Assembly (NCBI RefSeq): GCF_001194135.2
Contig: NC_068983.1
Coordinates: forward strand, 142,004,186-142,068,185
Length of the DNA: 64,000 nt
From: Octopus bimaculoides
Lineage: Eukaryota
Reading direction: 5' to 3'
Of the stretch, positions 11,721-24,439 are shown piece after piece. The notes beneath the pieces were generated by a model. It made no database searches. It was not told the origin of the DNA and saw only the letters and a program-made list of their open reading frames with translations. The position numbers were made by a program, and so were the translations under genes. Every line of letters starts with the position of its first letter. Positions within the stretch are counted from its first letter, which is position 1.

Positions 11721-12088
11721 TCTCAACCGCAACTTTAATTTTTATGCTCTCCAATGCTGTTGACTGTTCCTGGAAAAAAAACGGAGACATAAAAAAAAAT
11801 CATCAAATTTAGTCTGAACACTTTGTATGTATTTGTTTTTCCCTGTCTTGACACTGCAATAGTTGGAAATAAGTGTCATTGTTGTACAAGCAGTGTTATT
11901 CATCTCCAATATTCTGCAAAAACATGTCTGGTTATTGGAAAGTATTACTTTACTTGGAAACAGGTGAGGGTTGGCAATAGGAGGGACATGTGGCCATAGA
12001 GTATCTGCCTCAAAAAACTCCATCTAACCAATTGCAGAATCAAAAAGTGGACAGTAAAATGATGATGATGATACTCTCTTCTTCCTAG

Positions 12089-12306
12089 CATCATCATCAT
12101 CATCATCATCATCATCGTTTAACATCCGCTTTCCATGCTAGCATGGGTTGGACGATTTGACTGAGGACTGGTGAAACCAGATGGCAACACCAGGCTCCAA
12201 TCTAATTTGGCAGAGTTTCTACAGCTGGATGCCCTTCCTAACACCAACCACTCAGAGAGTGTAGTGGGTGCTTTTACGTGTCACCCCTACGAACGTGTCA
12301 CCCGCA
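12089..12306 (-). mobile_element. RTE LINE 3' end (family A)
   Basis: (CAT)n tail followed by family A 3' UTR. Nearly identical to the copies at 44240 and 57855-58336. Confidence 0.88.
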
Positions 12307-15300
12307 CGAATAGCATAATATATAAATTTAAGATCTTAATTTCTCATGAGATTTTAAATAAATGAATAAAAATATGACTACCACTTCAAATTTTAAAAAA
12401 AAGGATAAAGTAGAATTAATATAATTTCAAATTGCACATTTGAGGAATGAATTTTTGTTTACTTTTGTTGTTGCATTGGTAGCAAGTTTGATAACTTCTA
12501 GATTGTTATCAATACAAACCATTTTCTTGAGGAAGCCTATCCTACAGAAAAATCTTTCCAGCATTTGAGGCACAATCTATTGGCCAAACATCATTTCTTC
12601 TGTTCTGTTGCCACAGTTCTCTCCCATTAATACTGTAGGATTAGGTTTGTCTTAGGATTAAAAAAAAAAAATGAGAAATTTGAGATATTTTCTAAAGTTT
12701 TGGTTGAATTGCAGTAATAATAATTTCCATTTGACTAGATACAGTGAATGTGAATTTTGTGAATGTGTAATAAGTGTTACAGTAGAAATACAACTGGATT
12801 AAATTCTGTAAAGTTTGTTATCTAGTTTTATTATATGTGCCATGTCTATGACCGTGTTATAAGCAACTAAAACTTGAATATGAACTCTTAGTTATAAGTA
12901 TTACCTATACTATTATTATTAAGGTGGTGAGCTGGCAGAATCATTAGCACACTGGGAAAAATGCTTAGTGGCATTTTGTCCATCTGCATGTCCTGGGTTC
13001 AAATGCTGCCAGGGCCAACTTGATTTAATTGACTGTTCTTTCCTCTCAACTGCTTTTGCCTATGTTAAAAACAAAAAATTATATTGAATGAATATTGGTG
13101 AGTTGGCAACACAGCAAATAAAATACTGTCTTTTGTTGAATTTATATCAATCAATATCAATGTTACCATTCTTGTTTTTTCACTGGATTAAATTAATGCC
13201 ATTTCAGAATTAATTTGACTGCTATCATTCTTAAAACCCTTGCACATCAGCATCAATGCCCCTTCCCCACCTTTGTCCACCTCTCACTGTATCCACCCCA
13301 TCGCTCATTCAAATTTTAATCTCATACTTAACAAAACCAAATTGTCCTACTGAGATACACACAGTTGAACAATTTAATTTTTTTTTTCTGCTTTAGAAAT
13401 TTTATTGTTACTGAACAAGATGTTTGATTTTATTTGCTTGAGACATTTTGTTAACTCAAAAAAAGAAAAAAGAAAAGTCTATGTGGTTGAATATATGCCA
13501 CTACTTATGTTTCATAGTTTAGTGACAGCTTTTAAACATGTCAGATAAGTAAGGTTAAAATAAGCAAAAAAAAAAAACTACACTTGCTGGTCTAATCCAA
13601 TGATTCATACAAATGAGCAATTTGTCAGCTGATTCTTTCAAGGTCTGTGTTTTTATTGTCTGTCTCCTCTTGTGAACGCACCTAGTCACGAATTTGTAAA
13701 AGGTGTGATCAGATATATTTTCTCACGATATGAAATCTGAAGCTTTGAAGTAGTCAAGAACTGGAATATATTACCTTGTAGTGTGTAATTTCTTGTCTCT
13801 GCTCCTGGTAGTTAGCTATCATAGGGAAGACAAACCCCTCTAGATTAAGTTAAGACTGGATTGGAAGTTTGAATTTTAAATCCGAGTAAAGAAGGTGCAC
13901 AGAGTATACACACCTAATATTTCTTTTTCCTACACACTATTAGGTTTTAAAATACCCAGTCATTGGTAACCATGTATAATCCCATTTCATTGCTATTTGG
14001 AATCATTAGCAAAGTAATATCTGATGCAAATAAATTATGCTAAATTAAACATTTCATGAAGCTAGACAATTCTTATAGAGAGAAAATAGCTTACTATTTA
14101 AAAGACATTCCATCAGATTAATCTTGACTTTGATCCTTCTTGGGTTGCTAAGATGATAAAATAAGGATAAGAACAATAATAATCTAAGAGTCAGTTCAGT
14201 GGACTGTCTGTCTCCATCTGCATGGAAATCAAACTTGGGGCAAGTTAAAAAGACAACAATTTCTAGAATAGAGATGAGAATTGAAGGCAAGGGCTTGCTA
14301 TCATGTATAACAATTGTCATTTTTCTGCATTGTTTACATTTTTTTTTTCTATTCCAATCCACAAATTATTAAACATTAAATCAGTTGGTCCTTTTATAGA
14401 CATAGAAGATTATCTCTCTATACTGTAAAAATACATTTTTTTCTTGGGTTTTATTTGACATTTTGCTTTGAAAAAGTGATGCCTGGAGAGAGTTTATAGT
14501 TAGCTGTGTTCTAATTGTGTTGGAGGAAGAGAAACAGTGTTCATGACCTGTGCAGATTGTCCAGCAGAGGTTGATGTCAATGATGTTCAGCTTGAATTAA
14601 GTAAATTGACACTTGTCAGGAAGATATGGGCAGGAAGGGAATTTAAGAAGACTAATGTTCTGTGTAGACAGAATTGGGAAAACTTGTTTAGTATTTGGTT
14701 TGGTAGCTACACAATCAGTGGAGAAGTGGGTGTATTTGAGGGCGATGGTGTCATGCTAGTTCAGAGTAACTGAAGCCATTATTGTTACAGATGAAAATGA
14801 TGATAAAAGGAGAAAGTGTGTTAATGGTCAAGTAGTTGCTGTGTATTAGTGAGTGAAGTTTGCCAATTAGCTAGATGACCTTTTTTTGAGTTGTTTAGAT
14901 ATATGAACAGTATTTAATGTGGGTTGCACTTGACATTTTTGCCTCTGAAGAGGAAGCCTTATCTTTGAGAGGTGGTTTTGATAATGTTGTAGATATGAGA
15001 AGACAATGAAAGATCACCAGAAGAGAATGTGAAATTTGGCATTTGTAGCAAATTTGAGGATTTATGACTAGGGTGGGGTGTTAGGAGTTACAAGATTATT
15101 TTCTTGATCTGGGTGTGGTAATTGCATTGTGCCTTTGAGGAAGATGCTTTGTTCTGAATTTTCATGGAAATCAACCAAACATGCACACACACACACACAC
15201 TCTAAATGTTACCAGGATCTGATGAGCCAGAGGACTGCATTGTGCTCCAAGATCTGCTTTGGCATATTTTCTGCAGCTGAATGTCCTTCCTAACACCAAC

Positions 15301-15915
15301 TGCTTTACAGAGTGATTTGGGTGCTTTCTGCATAGCACTTGTGAGGTAAGCAAGTAACCAACAAGACCAAGTCCCCCCCACCACCATCACCTTCGATAGA
15401 GTGGGGGTGTTGTAATTCTGCTCTCATATGATTATAGTAATTCAATAGTTTTCTAGTTAGAAGAAGTAAGTGTTAGGAAAGTAAAATGTTCAGAAAGCTT
15501 GACAGGGATAGATTGGGCAAAGGGGTGGGCTCAGTGAGTTTATAAACATAAATATGATGCTTTTAAGACCTCAATTTTGTCTTGATGGACAGTCGTCTGG
15601 AACACAGTGAATTCCAATCATCTCAGTCTTGTCATCTCCTCTGTGGAGCTCATCATTTTGAGATCAGCCTTCCAGAAGCTTCACATATGTTAAGTGGTTG
15701 ATTCTCCTTTATGGAGCTTTCTTCATCCATAGGCAGCACATGACTGTACTTGTAGTGTTCTCTCTTGCATACTTTATCTAATTCCTTTTTATGCCCAATT
15801 TTGCTCAACATATTTGTACTTTGTACATGCACATTGGCATGGCACAGCCAACAAAGGATATGAGCTTCAACCCATGCTAGCATAGAAAGTGGACGTTGAA
15901 CGATGATGATGATGA

Positions 15916-15944
<29 letters not shown>

Positions 15945-15946
<2 letters not shown>

Positions 15947-16359
15947 CATCATCATCATCATCTGCTGTAGCCATCTGGTTCGCCTGTCCACTTTCCATGC
16001 TAGCATGGGTTGGGCAATTTGACTGGGGACTGGCGAACCAGATGGCTACAGCAGACTCCAATCTGATCTGGTAGAGTTTTTACAGCTGGATGCCCTTCCT
16101 AACGCCAACCACTCTGAAGTGTAGTGGGCGCTTTTTACGTGCCACCAGCACGAGGGCCAGTCTGGCAGTACTGGCAGTGGCCATGCTCAAATGGTGATTT
16201 TTTTTACGTGCCACCTGCACAGGAGTCAGTCCAATGTTTTGTTCACATGCCACTGGCACAGAAGCGAGACTGCTGCTCTGGCAGTGATCCCGCTCGGATG
16301 GTGCTGCTAGTGCTCTACTGGCATGGGTGCCAGTCATCGAATTTGGTTCAGTTTCGATC
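15945..16359 (-). mobile_element. RTE LINE 3' end (family A), tail-to-tail with a short + copy at 15866-15915
   Basis: Family A 3' UTR. The two tails are separated by (TA)n. Confidence 0.85.
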
Positions 16360-16454
16360 TATATATATATATAATGCAATAGCTGTATGGAGTGCAGTAT
16401 TACATGTATTCTCCATACTGTCCAGTCTATTTTTGTTTGTTGTTTGCCACTAGA

Positions 16455-16620
16455 TTAGACTTGATCAAAGACTTTCAATCTGAAATGTTCCAGTTGTGAC
16501 CATCTTGTTTTTTTGTGTATCTATACTATATTGTCCAGTGAATCTTCTTTTTTTTTTTTGAAGATGGCTGGGTACAGTTTGAGAGATTTAGCTGCTGTTT
16601 TTAGCAAGTGAGCAACTGCT
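16455..16620 (+). repeat. Unclassified interspersed repeat (family E). Similar copies at ~3000-3140, 27345-27530, 52370-52550, 53860-54010
   Basis: Recurrent GACC(T/A)TGATCAAAG..ATT...GTGACCATC...TTT...GATTTGAG.GAGATTTGGCTG pattern. No TIR or tail resolved. Confidence 0.55.
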
Positions 16621-17428
16621 TAAAGGATGATCGCAATGAAGGAGGCAAAGTGGTCAGTGTGACAATTGCTCTTCTTACACTTCCTGTGATTGTGTTTTTA
16701 GGATAGTGTTGTAGATGTATGTCTATTTCGAGATATCCATTTGGAATCCTGGTTGGGAAATGCTGGTATATCTGAGTGGATTGCAAATATTTTATAAACA
16801 TTCAATTGTATAATGTAATGTTTATTTTAGACAAGACGGCACGAAGTTATGTGTAACTATACTAAATTGTTACTATGAAGATTGTTTTAGGTTAAAACCA
16901 ATGTTAGTGAGAGTATGTAATTAAAAACTGAACTCTGATTCCAAGACACTTATAAAAATGTTGCTATTTGGTGTTACTTTGACCAAAAGAGACTGCATTT
17001 AATTGTTCATCACATTATATAATACAGAGAATAACCTATTTTGTGTGTTTGTAAACTGCCATGAAAACTGTTCTAGAGTTCATAAAAATATGAGATTGCT
17101 GATCATGTAGTTGTGAAAATTTTCCCTAACCCTGTACATTTTCAGAGCAAGACTAAATATCTTATGGTTATCTCTTTCATCCAGTGTCTAGTACAAAATT
17201 TCATAGATCTTGTATGCAGACTAGGTCAGTTACTTGAAATTTGGGATATGTATAGGTGTTTCTGGATGTTTCTACAAGTGAAAACATGGTTAAGTGGATA
17301 ATGTATTTGTCCTTCATTTTAGTAATTCATTACTGAGGAAAACTATAATGATTTCCTGATAATGTGTCAATTAATTTTGAAAATAATCAAGAATTTGGAA
17401 ATATTAAGAAAAACAAAACAAAACATTA

Positions 17429-17835
17429 GGTGCAGGAGTGGCTGTGTGGTAAGTAGCTTGCTTACTAACCACATGGTCCCGGGTTCAGTCCCATTGCATG
17501 GCACCTTGGGCAAGTGTCTTCTACTATAGCCTCGGGCCGACCAAAGCCTTGTGAGTGGATTTGGTAGATGGAAACTGAAAGAAGACCATCGTATATATGT
17601 ATATGTATATATAAATGTGTGTGTGTTTGTGTGTCTGTGTTTGTCCCCCAACATCGCTTGACAACCGATGCTGGTGTGTTTACATCCCCATAACTTAGCA
17701 GTTCAGCAAAAGAGACCGATAGAATAAGTACTAGGCTTACAAAGAATAAGCTCTGGGGTCGATTTGCTCGACTATAAAGCTGGTGCTCCAGCATGGCCGC
17801 AGTCACATGACTGAAACAAGTAAAAGAGTAAAGAG
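17429..17835 (+). mobile_element. tRNA-derived SINE (family C) with an internal microsatellite. Partial copies at ~2217-2418(-), 25395-25590(+), 47290-47460(-), 54480-54640(-)
   Basis: Head GGTGCAGGAGTGGCTGTGTGGTAAG...GGGTTCAGTCCC, CORE-like CCTTGGGCAAGTG block, tail (GTAAAAGA)-like. Confidence 0.85.
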
Positions 17836-18560
17836 TATTAGCCTTTTCATTATCATTAAACTGGTTTGTGGAATATAGTTTAACAAAAGGTTCTTATATA
17901 ATATTATCGTGAAGGTTTATTTTAAATCTGAACTGGAATCCATCTCAGGTAGATTGCTATCAAAACTTGTTTATATGAAGCTACTCTTCTGTCACATTGA
18001 GACATTCACTGCTTTTATTAAACACTTTTAATACCTCTTTCTACATCTTGCTTTTCTTGTTGGTTTTTACACACATTTTGATTTACCCTCATCTCTTTCA
18101 ATATCTTTTGGCTCACTCTCTCTCTCTCTCTCTGCTCTTCCTCTCCCTCACCTTTCTATCTTTCTGTCTCTCACTCTTTCTTTATTCAACTCTTTTCTTC
18201 CATGCATTTTCTATTTCCTATCAATTGCTCTTTTATACTTTTGTGTTCTTAGCTTTTACTCTCTCCCTCACAGTATTCTTATCATCCCTTCTCTTACATA
18301 TTTTCATCTTCCATCTCTCTTACACTCAGGCTTGGCTTCTCTCCTCCCCCCTCTCTCTCTCCCTTCCTTTCTCTTCTAGTCATATCCATTCTCTTATTAG
18401 TTTTCTCTTTCTCCTTTCCCCACTACCTCACATGCCTTCTCTCTCACATTTCTACCATTCCTGAATCATGACATCTCAAAGCTAAATAATCTATTGTAGT
18501 CTTATCCTTCTAGCCATTTTATTTCTTGATGTGTGGGATGTGGGAAAATATTGGTTTATC

Positions 18561-19175
18561 GGATCTATTTCAAAATGGGGGCACCAGTATTTTCTTAACG
18601 AAACACTAACGAAACACTTTGAAACTTGGGACACTGGTAGAATGTGTCATATAAAACATCTTTTACTCTTAGTCTTCTTAACAAAAAAACGTACATCGCA
18701 AGTTATTCCATGTTAAAGTTGTCGTATTTCTGTAATTTCAACCAATCACTGACGTCTATTCAGCTGAATAGAGTTACTGCTGGGCGGTCATAAAAATGTT
18801 ATTCCCTGTGACATATTTCATCTGGTTTAATCGTAATTTATACGCATATATTGTTTATAGAATAAATTACGCTGTGCGTATCTATGTGTGTAACAATTTT
18901 AGAGTTTGGATTCTAGAGTTAGGGTTAGTTTTAGGGTTAGGGTTAACAGTCTAGTTAGGGTTAGGGGATTAATACGATATACACCGTTACAGCGCTAACT
19001 GTTTTCAACTGAATAGACGTCAGTGATTAGTAGAAATTATCGAAATAAGACAATTTTTTACATGAAATAAATTCAAATACAAAAATTTTTTTCTGTTCTA
19101 TAACACAAAATAGATAAGATAAAACACTACATAAAACATAAATGAAAACTGGTGCCCCCATTTTGAAATAGATCC
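18561..19175. mobile_element. Non-autonomous DNA transposon (MITE) with an 8 bp TSD, Merlin-like
   Basis: Perfect 27 bp TIR GGATCTATTTCAAAATGGGGGCACCAG, TSD GGTTTATC (18553-18560 and 19176-19183), and a second subterminal inverted block (~18702-18778 vs ~18994-19070). Confidence 0.85.
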
Positions 19176-19728
19176 GGTTTATCTTTTCCAGATAAATTTG
19201 CTACTTAGTTAAATACATTACTAGGTTAAAAAACTAAATATTTCTTTTCATTCAATTACATGTTCTCTTTTTGTTTTTCCATTGTAGACCAAAACCCAGT
19301 ATCAGAACAATTATTATTAATATTAGAAACATTATTTCTTCTAAGGGTTATTAAGTAAAACTCAGAGCCAACAACTTGAAATATGATAGGAGCTTTTCTA
19401 TAAACAGTAACTTTTCTTTCTATGGACAGTAGCTTTTGTTTTTGTACTATCCACTTAGCTATGATTAGTCTCAGACACACAGAACCCCCCCCCCACACAC
19501 ACACACACACAATTTAAAAGTGTTCATAACCACATCAAAATTTTATGAAAGAACCATTTACTAGAATAATTGAAACAACTATTTTATAAGTTATTTTATT
19601 AAATTCCTCCAAATGTTTAATTATTCTTAAAGTTAATTAAAACATTTAAGTGGTATTTTGTTGTGTCTTGAGTCATTATGCCAATAATAGTAACACTTAC
19701 ACCTTTTTATTATTAGTCAATTGGTTAA

Positions 19729-19943
19729 GGTGGCGAGCTGGCAGAATCGTTAGCACGCCAGACGAAATGCTTAGCGGTATTTTGTCTGCCACTACATTCT
19801 GAGTTCAAATTCCGCCAAGGTTGATTTTGCCTTTCATCCTTTCGGGGTCCATAAATTAAGTACCAGTCAAGTACTGGGGTCGAAGTAATCGACTAGTCCC
19901 CTCCCCCAAAACCCCCTGCCCTGTGCCTATAGTAGAAAGGCTT
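19729..19943 (+). mobile_element. tRNA-derived SINE (family B). Other copies at ~2849-2990(-), 12920-13030(+), 27620-27812(+), 32852-33030(-), 38958-39150(+), 51125-51332(+), 58442-58632(+)
   Basis: A-box TGGCAGAATCG, B-box GAGTTCAAATTCC, central TTGCCTTTCATCCTTTCGGGGTC.ATAAATTAAGTACC block. TSD ATTGGTTAA (19720-19728, 19944-19952). Confidence 0.88.
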
Positions 19944-21075
19944 ATTGGTTAAATATCTAACCAACTAAGTAATCAGTCATTTGTTTAATGTTCTAGTTAA
20001 ACGATCAATTGGTTGTTTGTTAGTCAAAGTTCTTTCATTGCCCCTTTCAGTGTGACTAAATGACTTCCTCTCTCACTCCAAGGATTGCATATTAAACAAA
20101 CAATCGATTAGTTGGTTAGATATTTAACCAACTGATTAACAATAAAGAAATAGAATTGAACTGGTGCATGTATTATTATTATTGACAGAGTGACTCTCCC
20201 CAAACACAACAAAATTTGTTTCTATGCATAAATTCACATCAAGAATCTTGCATACCAAATACGAAAACTTAAATGGTATATTCCATTAAAAATATGGTCA
20301 CAAAATAGTTAATAAATGAACAAATTTAATTAACCTAATTTTTTCCCCAAATTATGACACAAGATAGTAAAAAATACACAATTTTAACATATAATGCATA
20401 ATATTATTGCAGATAGGTTTGGTTTGGTTTGTTTATATATGGCCAATATATAATAGTGTGTGTGTGTGTACCCATGCTAGCATGTGTTGCACAGGAGTCT
20501 TATTTTGAGACAGGATTTTTTGCCTTTAGTTTCTTTCTTGCCAAGGACATTATAATCTCTGTTACTGGGGCCATGATAAAATGAACCCAATACATTCTGT
20601 ATTGTGTTTATTGATAGGAAGCAGAAACTTATAAGCAAAACACGGTCCTCTGACTCCTCTGCAAGACTCGCAGCTCCCAATAATAAAAAAAAAAAGGCAA
20701 ATTTGGATCATGACAGCCTGTCTAACCCGTGCCAATGTGAAAAGTGGATGTAAAAAGATGATGGTGACAATGATATATATTTCGTTTTTTTCTCTTTGTT
20801 TTACATTTATTTTTCCATCTAATATAGATTGCATAAATATATTATTGAGGCATTATTTTACAGCCAGATGCCCTGCATGTTTACACACACTCACATACAC
20901 ACATATATATGCTAAATTAGTTGACAGAGACACTTACCCAAGTTGCAATGCAGTGGGATCAAACAGACATTAAATGATAATGGCAATGTATATATATATA
21001 TATATACTAGCAGAAAATACTCATCAACTGGATTGAAAAATACTACCAAAATTGTACTATGAATATTGAAAGTTA

Positions 21076-21790
21076 TTCACTTAGATTGTATTGAACATGA
21101 GGGCCACTATGAATAGCAGTGGCTGCAGGACAGGCCCCTGTGGAACACCACTCATTATTTGTGTTTTCTTGGAGGTGGCCCCACTGACCACCACTACCTA
21201 ACTTCTATCTCCAAGTTTTCCAAATATGCCAAGATTTTGGAGCTTGTGACAAATCATACCATGGTCGACTTTGTCAAAGGCTTTTGCAAAGTTGAAGTAT
21301 ATCACTTCCACATTTGAGTTGTTGAGCAGCTGCTTTAGCACCCAGTTGTAATGCTGCAAGAGCTGTGTCAGGCAGTTTGTACCTGGTCAAAAACTATGTT
21401 TAGTGTCAGTCAGTAAGTCATTCTCTTCAAGGAATGCAATTAATTTCCTTCAGACTATTCATTCCATGACTTTGCTGATGTGTGAGGTCAGAGAGATAGG
21501 CCTATAGTTTTTAGCATCTGCTTCCTCCTATTATTCCCTCCTTTTTTTTTTGTCCAGGAGCTTAACATTTGTGAGGAAGCTCTCAAAAAGTAGCTGCAAT
21601 AGTTTTGCAAGGACTCGTTTACATGGCTTGAGGAGGATTGTTGAGAATCCATCAAGGCCAGTAGCTGAGTCTGCGTCTATATCATCTATTGCTAGCATTA
21701 CATCCTTTTCTTCGATGTTGATGTAATCAATTCTTATTGCCTCCTCTTCAGCTTCTGTAGAAGTAAAGAATTCTATATGTTTGTGCATAT
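21076..21790 (-). mobile_element. CR1-clade LINE reverse transcriptase fragment
   Basis: Minus strand: SATGLDGFSTILLKPCK, KNYRPISLTSHISKVME, IYFNFAKAFDKVDHG, SGVPQGPVL, with stops and frameshifts. Confidence 0.85.
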
Positions 21791-21810
21791 AAACTTCTAA
21801 TCTATGATCT

Positions 21811-22847
21811 CTAGTATTTCAGCCTGTAAATGAAGCAAACATCACACAGACTTTGGCTTATGTCTAGTACAAGATAACTAAATATAAGTTCATGGAAACG
21901 TAAAAATATATGTACCATAATTTATTGAACTTAAGTACTACAACAAACAAAAATACAAATAGCTTTTCTTAGATGAATATGATGAGTGTGACGTTGACAA
22001 TATCAATTCAAAGATATTCATTCTTCAAATTTTAGTTTGTTGATCCCATGCTAAAAACTTCCTAATAGACAGTTTTGGGTTTTATCAGTTGGGGCGAAAA
22101 GGAAAAGATTGTCCTTGCACCCCACTCTGGAACCCCAACATAAAACTGACTGTGTGAAAAGCAGTCCTCTTCTAATTGCAAAGCAGTAACCTTAAAAGTC
22201 TGATGTTGGGACTTACTAATGGACATTGCCAAAGACGGATGTATTGGAAATTGAAGTTGTTTGGATTGGAAGGTATTAAAATTAAGTGAGGAATAAAAAC
22301 ATTTTTGCCTTTTCCACAGACAGAAATTATTGTGACCTCTATGACATTTCTCATTAAGTTCTTCACAAGTCTTGTGCCATTGCACAACTTTGGTTGAGGA
22401 AAGTTCTGCAGAGGTATGATTGGAGCACCTATTTTTAATGGAAAGCAATGAGTTTAAGGCTTGTGGCTCCAGTGAGTTTAAGGAGTCAATGGGGTAATTG
22501 ACAATTTCTGAATCATCAACAACAGAGTTTATAGATTTGTGAGTATATTCATTTCCTGGTAAAACTTTCTCAAGTCTTTCATTTAAATTATTCCCAGTAA
22601 TGTTCTTTAGTGCCAAAGTTTTATTTAGTCATCTCCCATAGACCGTTCATATATTTGGGGACTGTGATATGTACATGTTGGAAAAGGGCCAGTAGTTCCT
22701 TTTGGAGGGCCACTAGGGACTTGGGGACTACTTCCATTGTCTTCAGCATAAAATTTTACACAAGAACTAGTTTTTACATAGATGCTTTAGCCTTTCTTGC
22801 TATAGATGGACAGACACGCACACAGATGTTCATTTTTATTATATAAA
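21811..22847 (-). mobile_element. Helitron deletion derivative retaining the C-terminal Pif1-like helicase fragment
   Basis: Frameshifted [13 protein letters not shown] / [19 protein letters not shown] / [19 protein letters not shown]...[10 protein letters not shown]. Putative 5' end T(T)TATATAATAAAAATG at 22847 and CTAG at 21811-21814. Confidence 0.75.
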
Positions 22848-24439
22848 TATATTTATATACAATTTGCGCTGTCACTGGCACCAGGCTGTATTGGCCTTTG
22901 CCTTTCTCTTGGATAACATTGGTGGTGTGGCGAATGGAGGCTGGTATGCATAGGCAACTGCTGATCTTCCATAAACAACCTTGCCCAGACTTGTGCCTTG
23001 GAGGGGAACTTTCTAGGTGCAATCTCATGGTCATTCATGACTGAAGGGGATCTTTACCCTTTTATATGTGTGTGTGTGTGTAAATATTAACATACACACA
23101 CTCACACCCACACATTGTTTCCATTTATTTTATGGTACAGAAACAATTGATCAATACACTTTGTAGTGGTACAAGGGTGTCAAGTCTGAAATGTTTGTCA
23201 TTTCCTAAACAGAATGTACTCATCAGTATATTTGTATATATTCTACTCAATTTTTTGAATTTTCATGGTGAGATGTATTTATTCAAAGGGTGATAAGTTC
23301 TAACTTTAGTGAGTGTGAAATAGTAGTAGTAGTAGTAGTAATAATAAAAGCTACATTCAGTTTTAGTTTCAGTAATTAAATTTGGGTCATAGATTTGGTT
23401 CACTAGGAGACTTGCAGTTGACCACCTCTGCTTCAGAGTAATTCTGATCAATATATTGAACATAGACTTACTTGATAAGTGTCTCTGAGACCAAAACTAA
23501 CAACACTATCTAACACCTTAAAAAAATGTTCAAAATTTATGACCTGGGATTTTTTCTTTTATTTTCTTCTGGCAGAATGGTTCTGAAAAATATATTAAAT
23601 AACTTAAGAGGTAGATGAGTGTCACAGTTTGCAAGAAAGTATTGCATTCATGTTTGTTTTGATGCAGTTATTTTAGTTATTTTCCCCGCATGCTTTTTGG
23701 AACAATTTGGGAATGGTTCCGCATAACTGCTCATCTCTTTGTACCACATCTGTATTTTCTGCATTACTGTATGTGCGTTCATGTGTTTGTATGTGTGAGT
23801 TTACATTGGATATATTTGTAAATCTGTATATGAGTCTATATGTGTCAGCATGTGTGTTAGTATGTTTGTCTGAGAAAGGTGGATAGATGTGTAGAATGTT
23901 TGTTCCTTAAATATTTTGTGGAAAAAGTGTACATATTGATCATAATGCCAGAGCCTCACTTTTAGCTCAAACAATTGAATGGTTGAATGAAGTTGGATTT
24001 GATTAATATGGAGTTTGATGAAAAAATTTTATGTGAAACGTGGATTGTTGCTATATCTATAGCTGAGTCTCTGGACAGCCATCATCCTCAGACATTCTGA
24101 ATGACTTGCAAAGTTGGTTGACCATGCAGACAGCTAGAAGACTACTGTTATATATATATATATATATATATATAAGTTCAAAAAAGGAAAAAGACAAAAA
24201 AACAACAAAAAACAACAACATGAGGACGTGATACAGATTGTGTTACTAGACGCTCGGGAAATATTATATATATATATGCACACACACACACACATGATGT
24301 TTACTTTGTATTATATTATACTCATTTATTGTATTGTTAATTATTAATTTTTCTATATGTGACAGTGGATTTTCATCGATGAGTTCATGAACCTTGGTTC
24401 TTTTCCCTAAAACTATATATATATATATATTTATATATA

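Noticed and set aside
13600-15150. Possible decayed LINE or Penelope coding region
   Set aside because: No diagnostic motif could be read in any frame, so it is left unassigned.
17997-18464. 155 aa hydrophobic ORF (likewise 29822-30154 and poly-F 42923-43255)
   Set aside because: Translation of pyrimidine-rich low-complexity or microsatellite DNA, with no protein motif or splice support.
18919-18966. Telomere or chromosome-fusion scar
   Set aside because: Only five units, one orientation, and contained within a TIR/TSD-bounded element.
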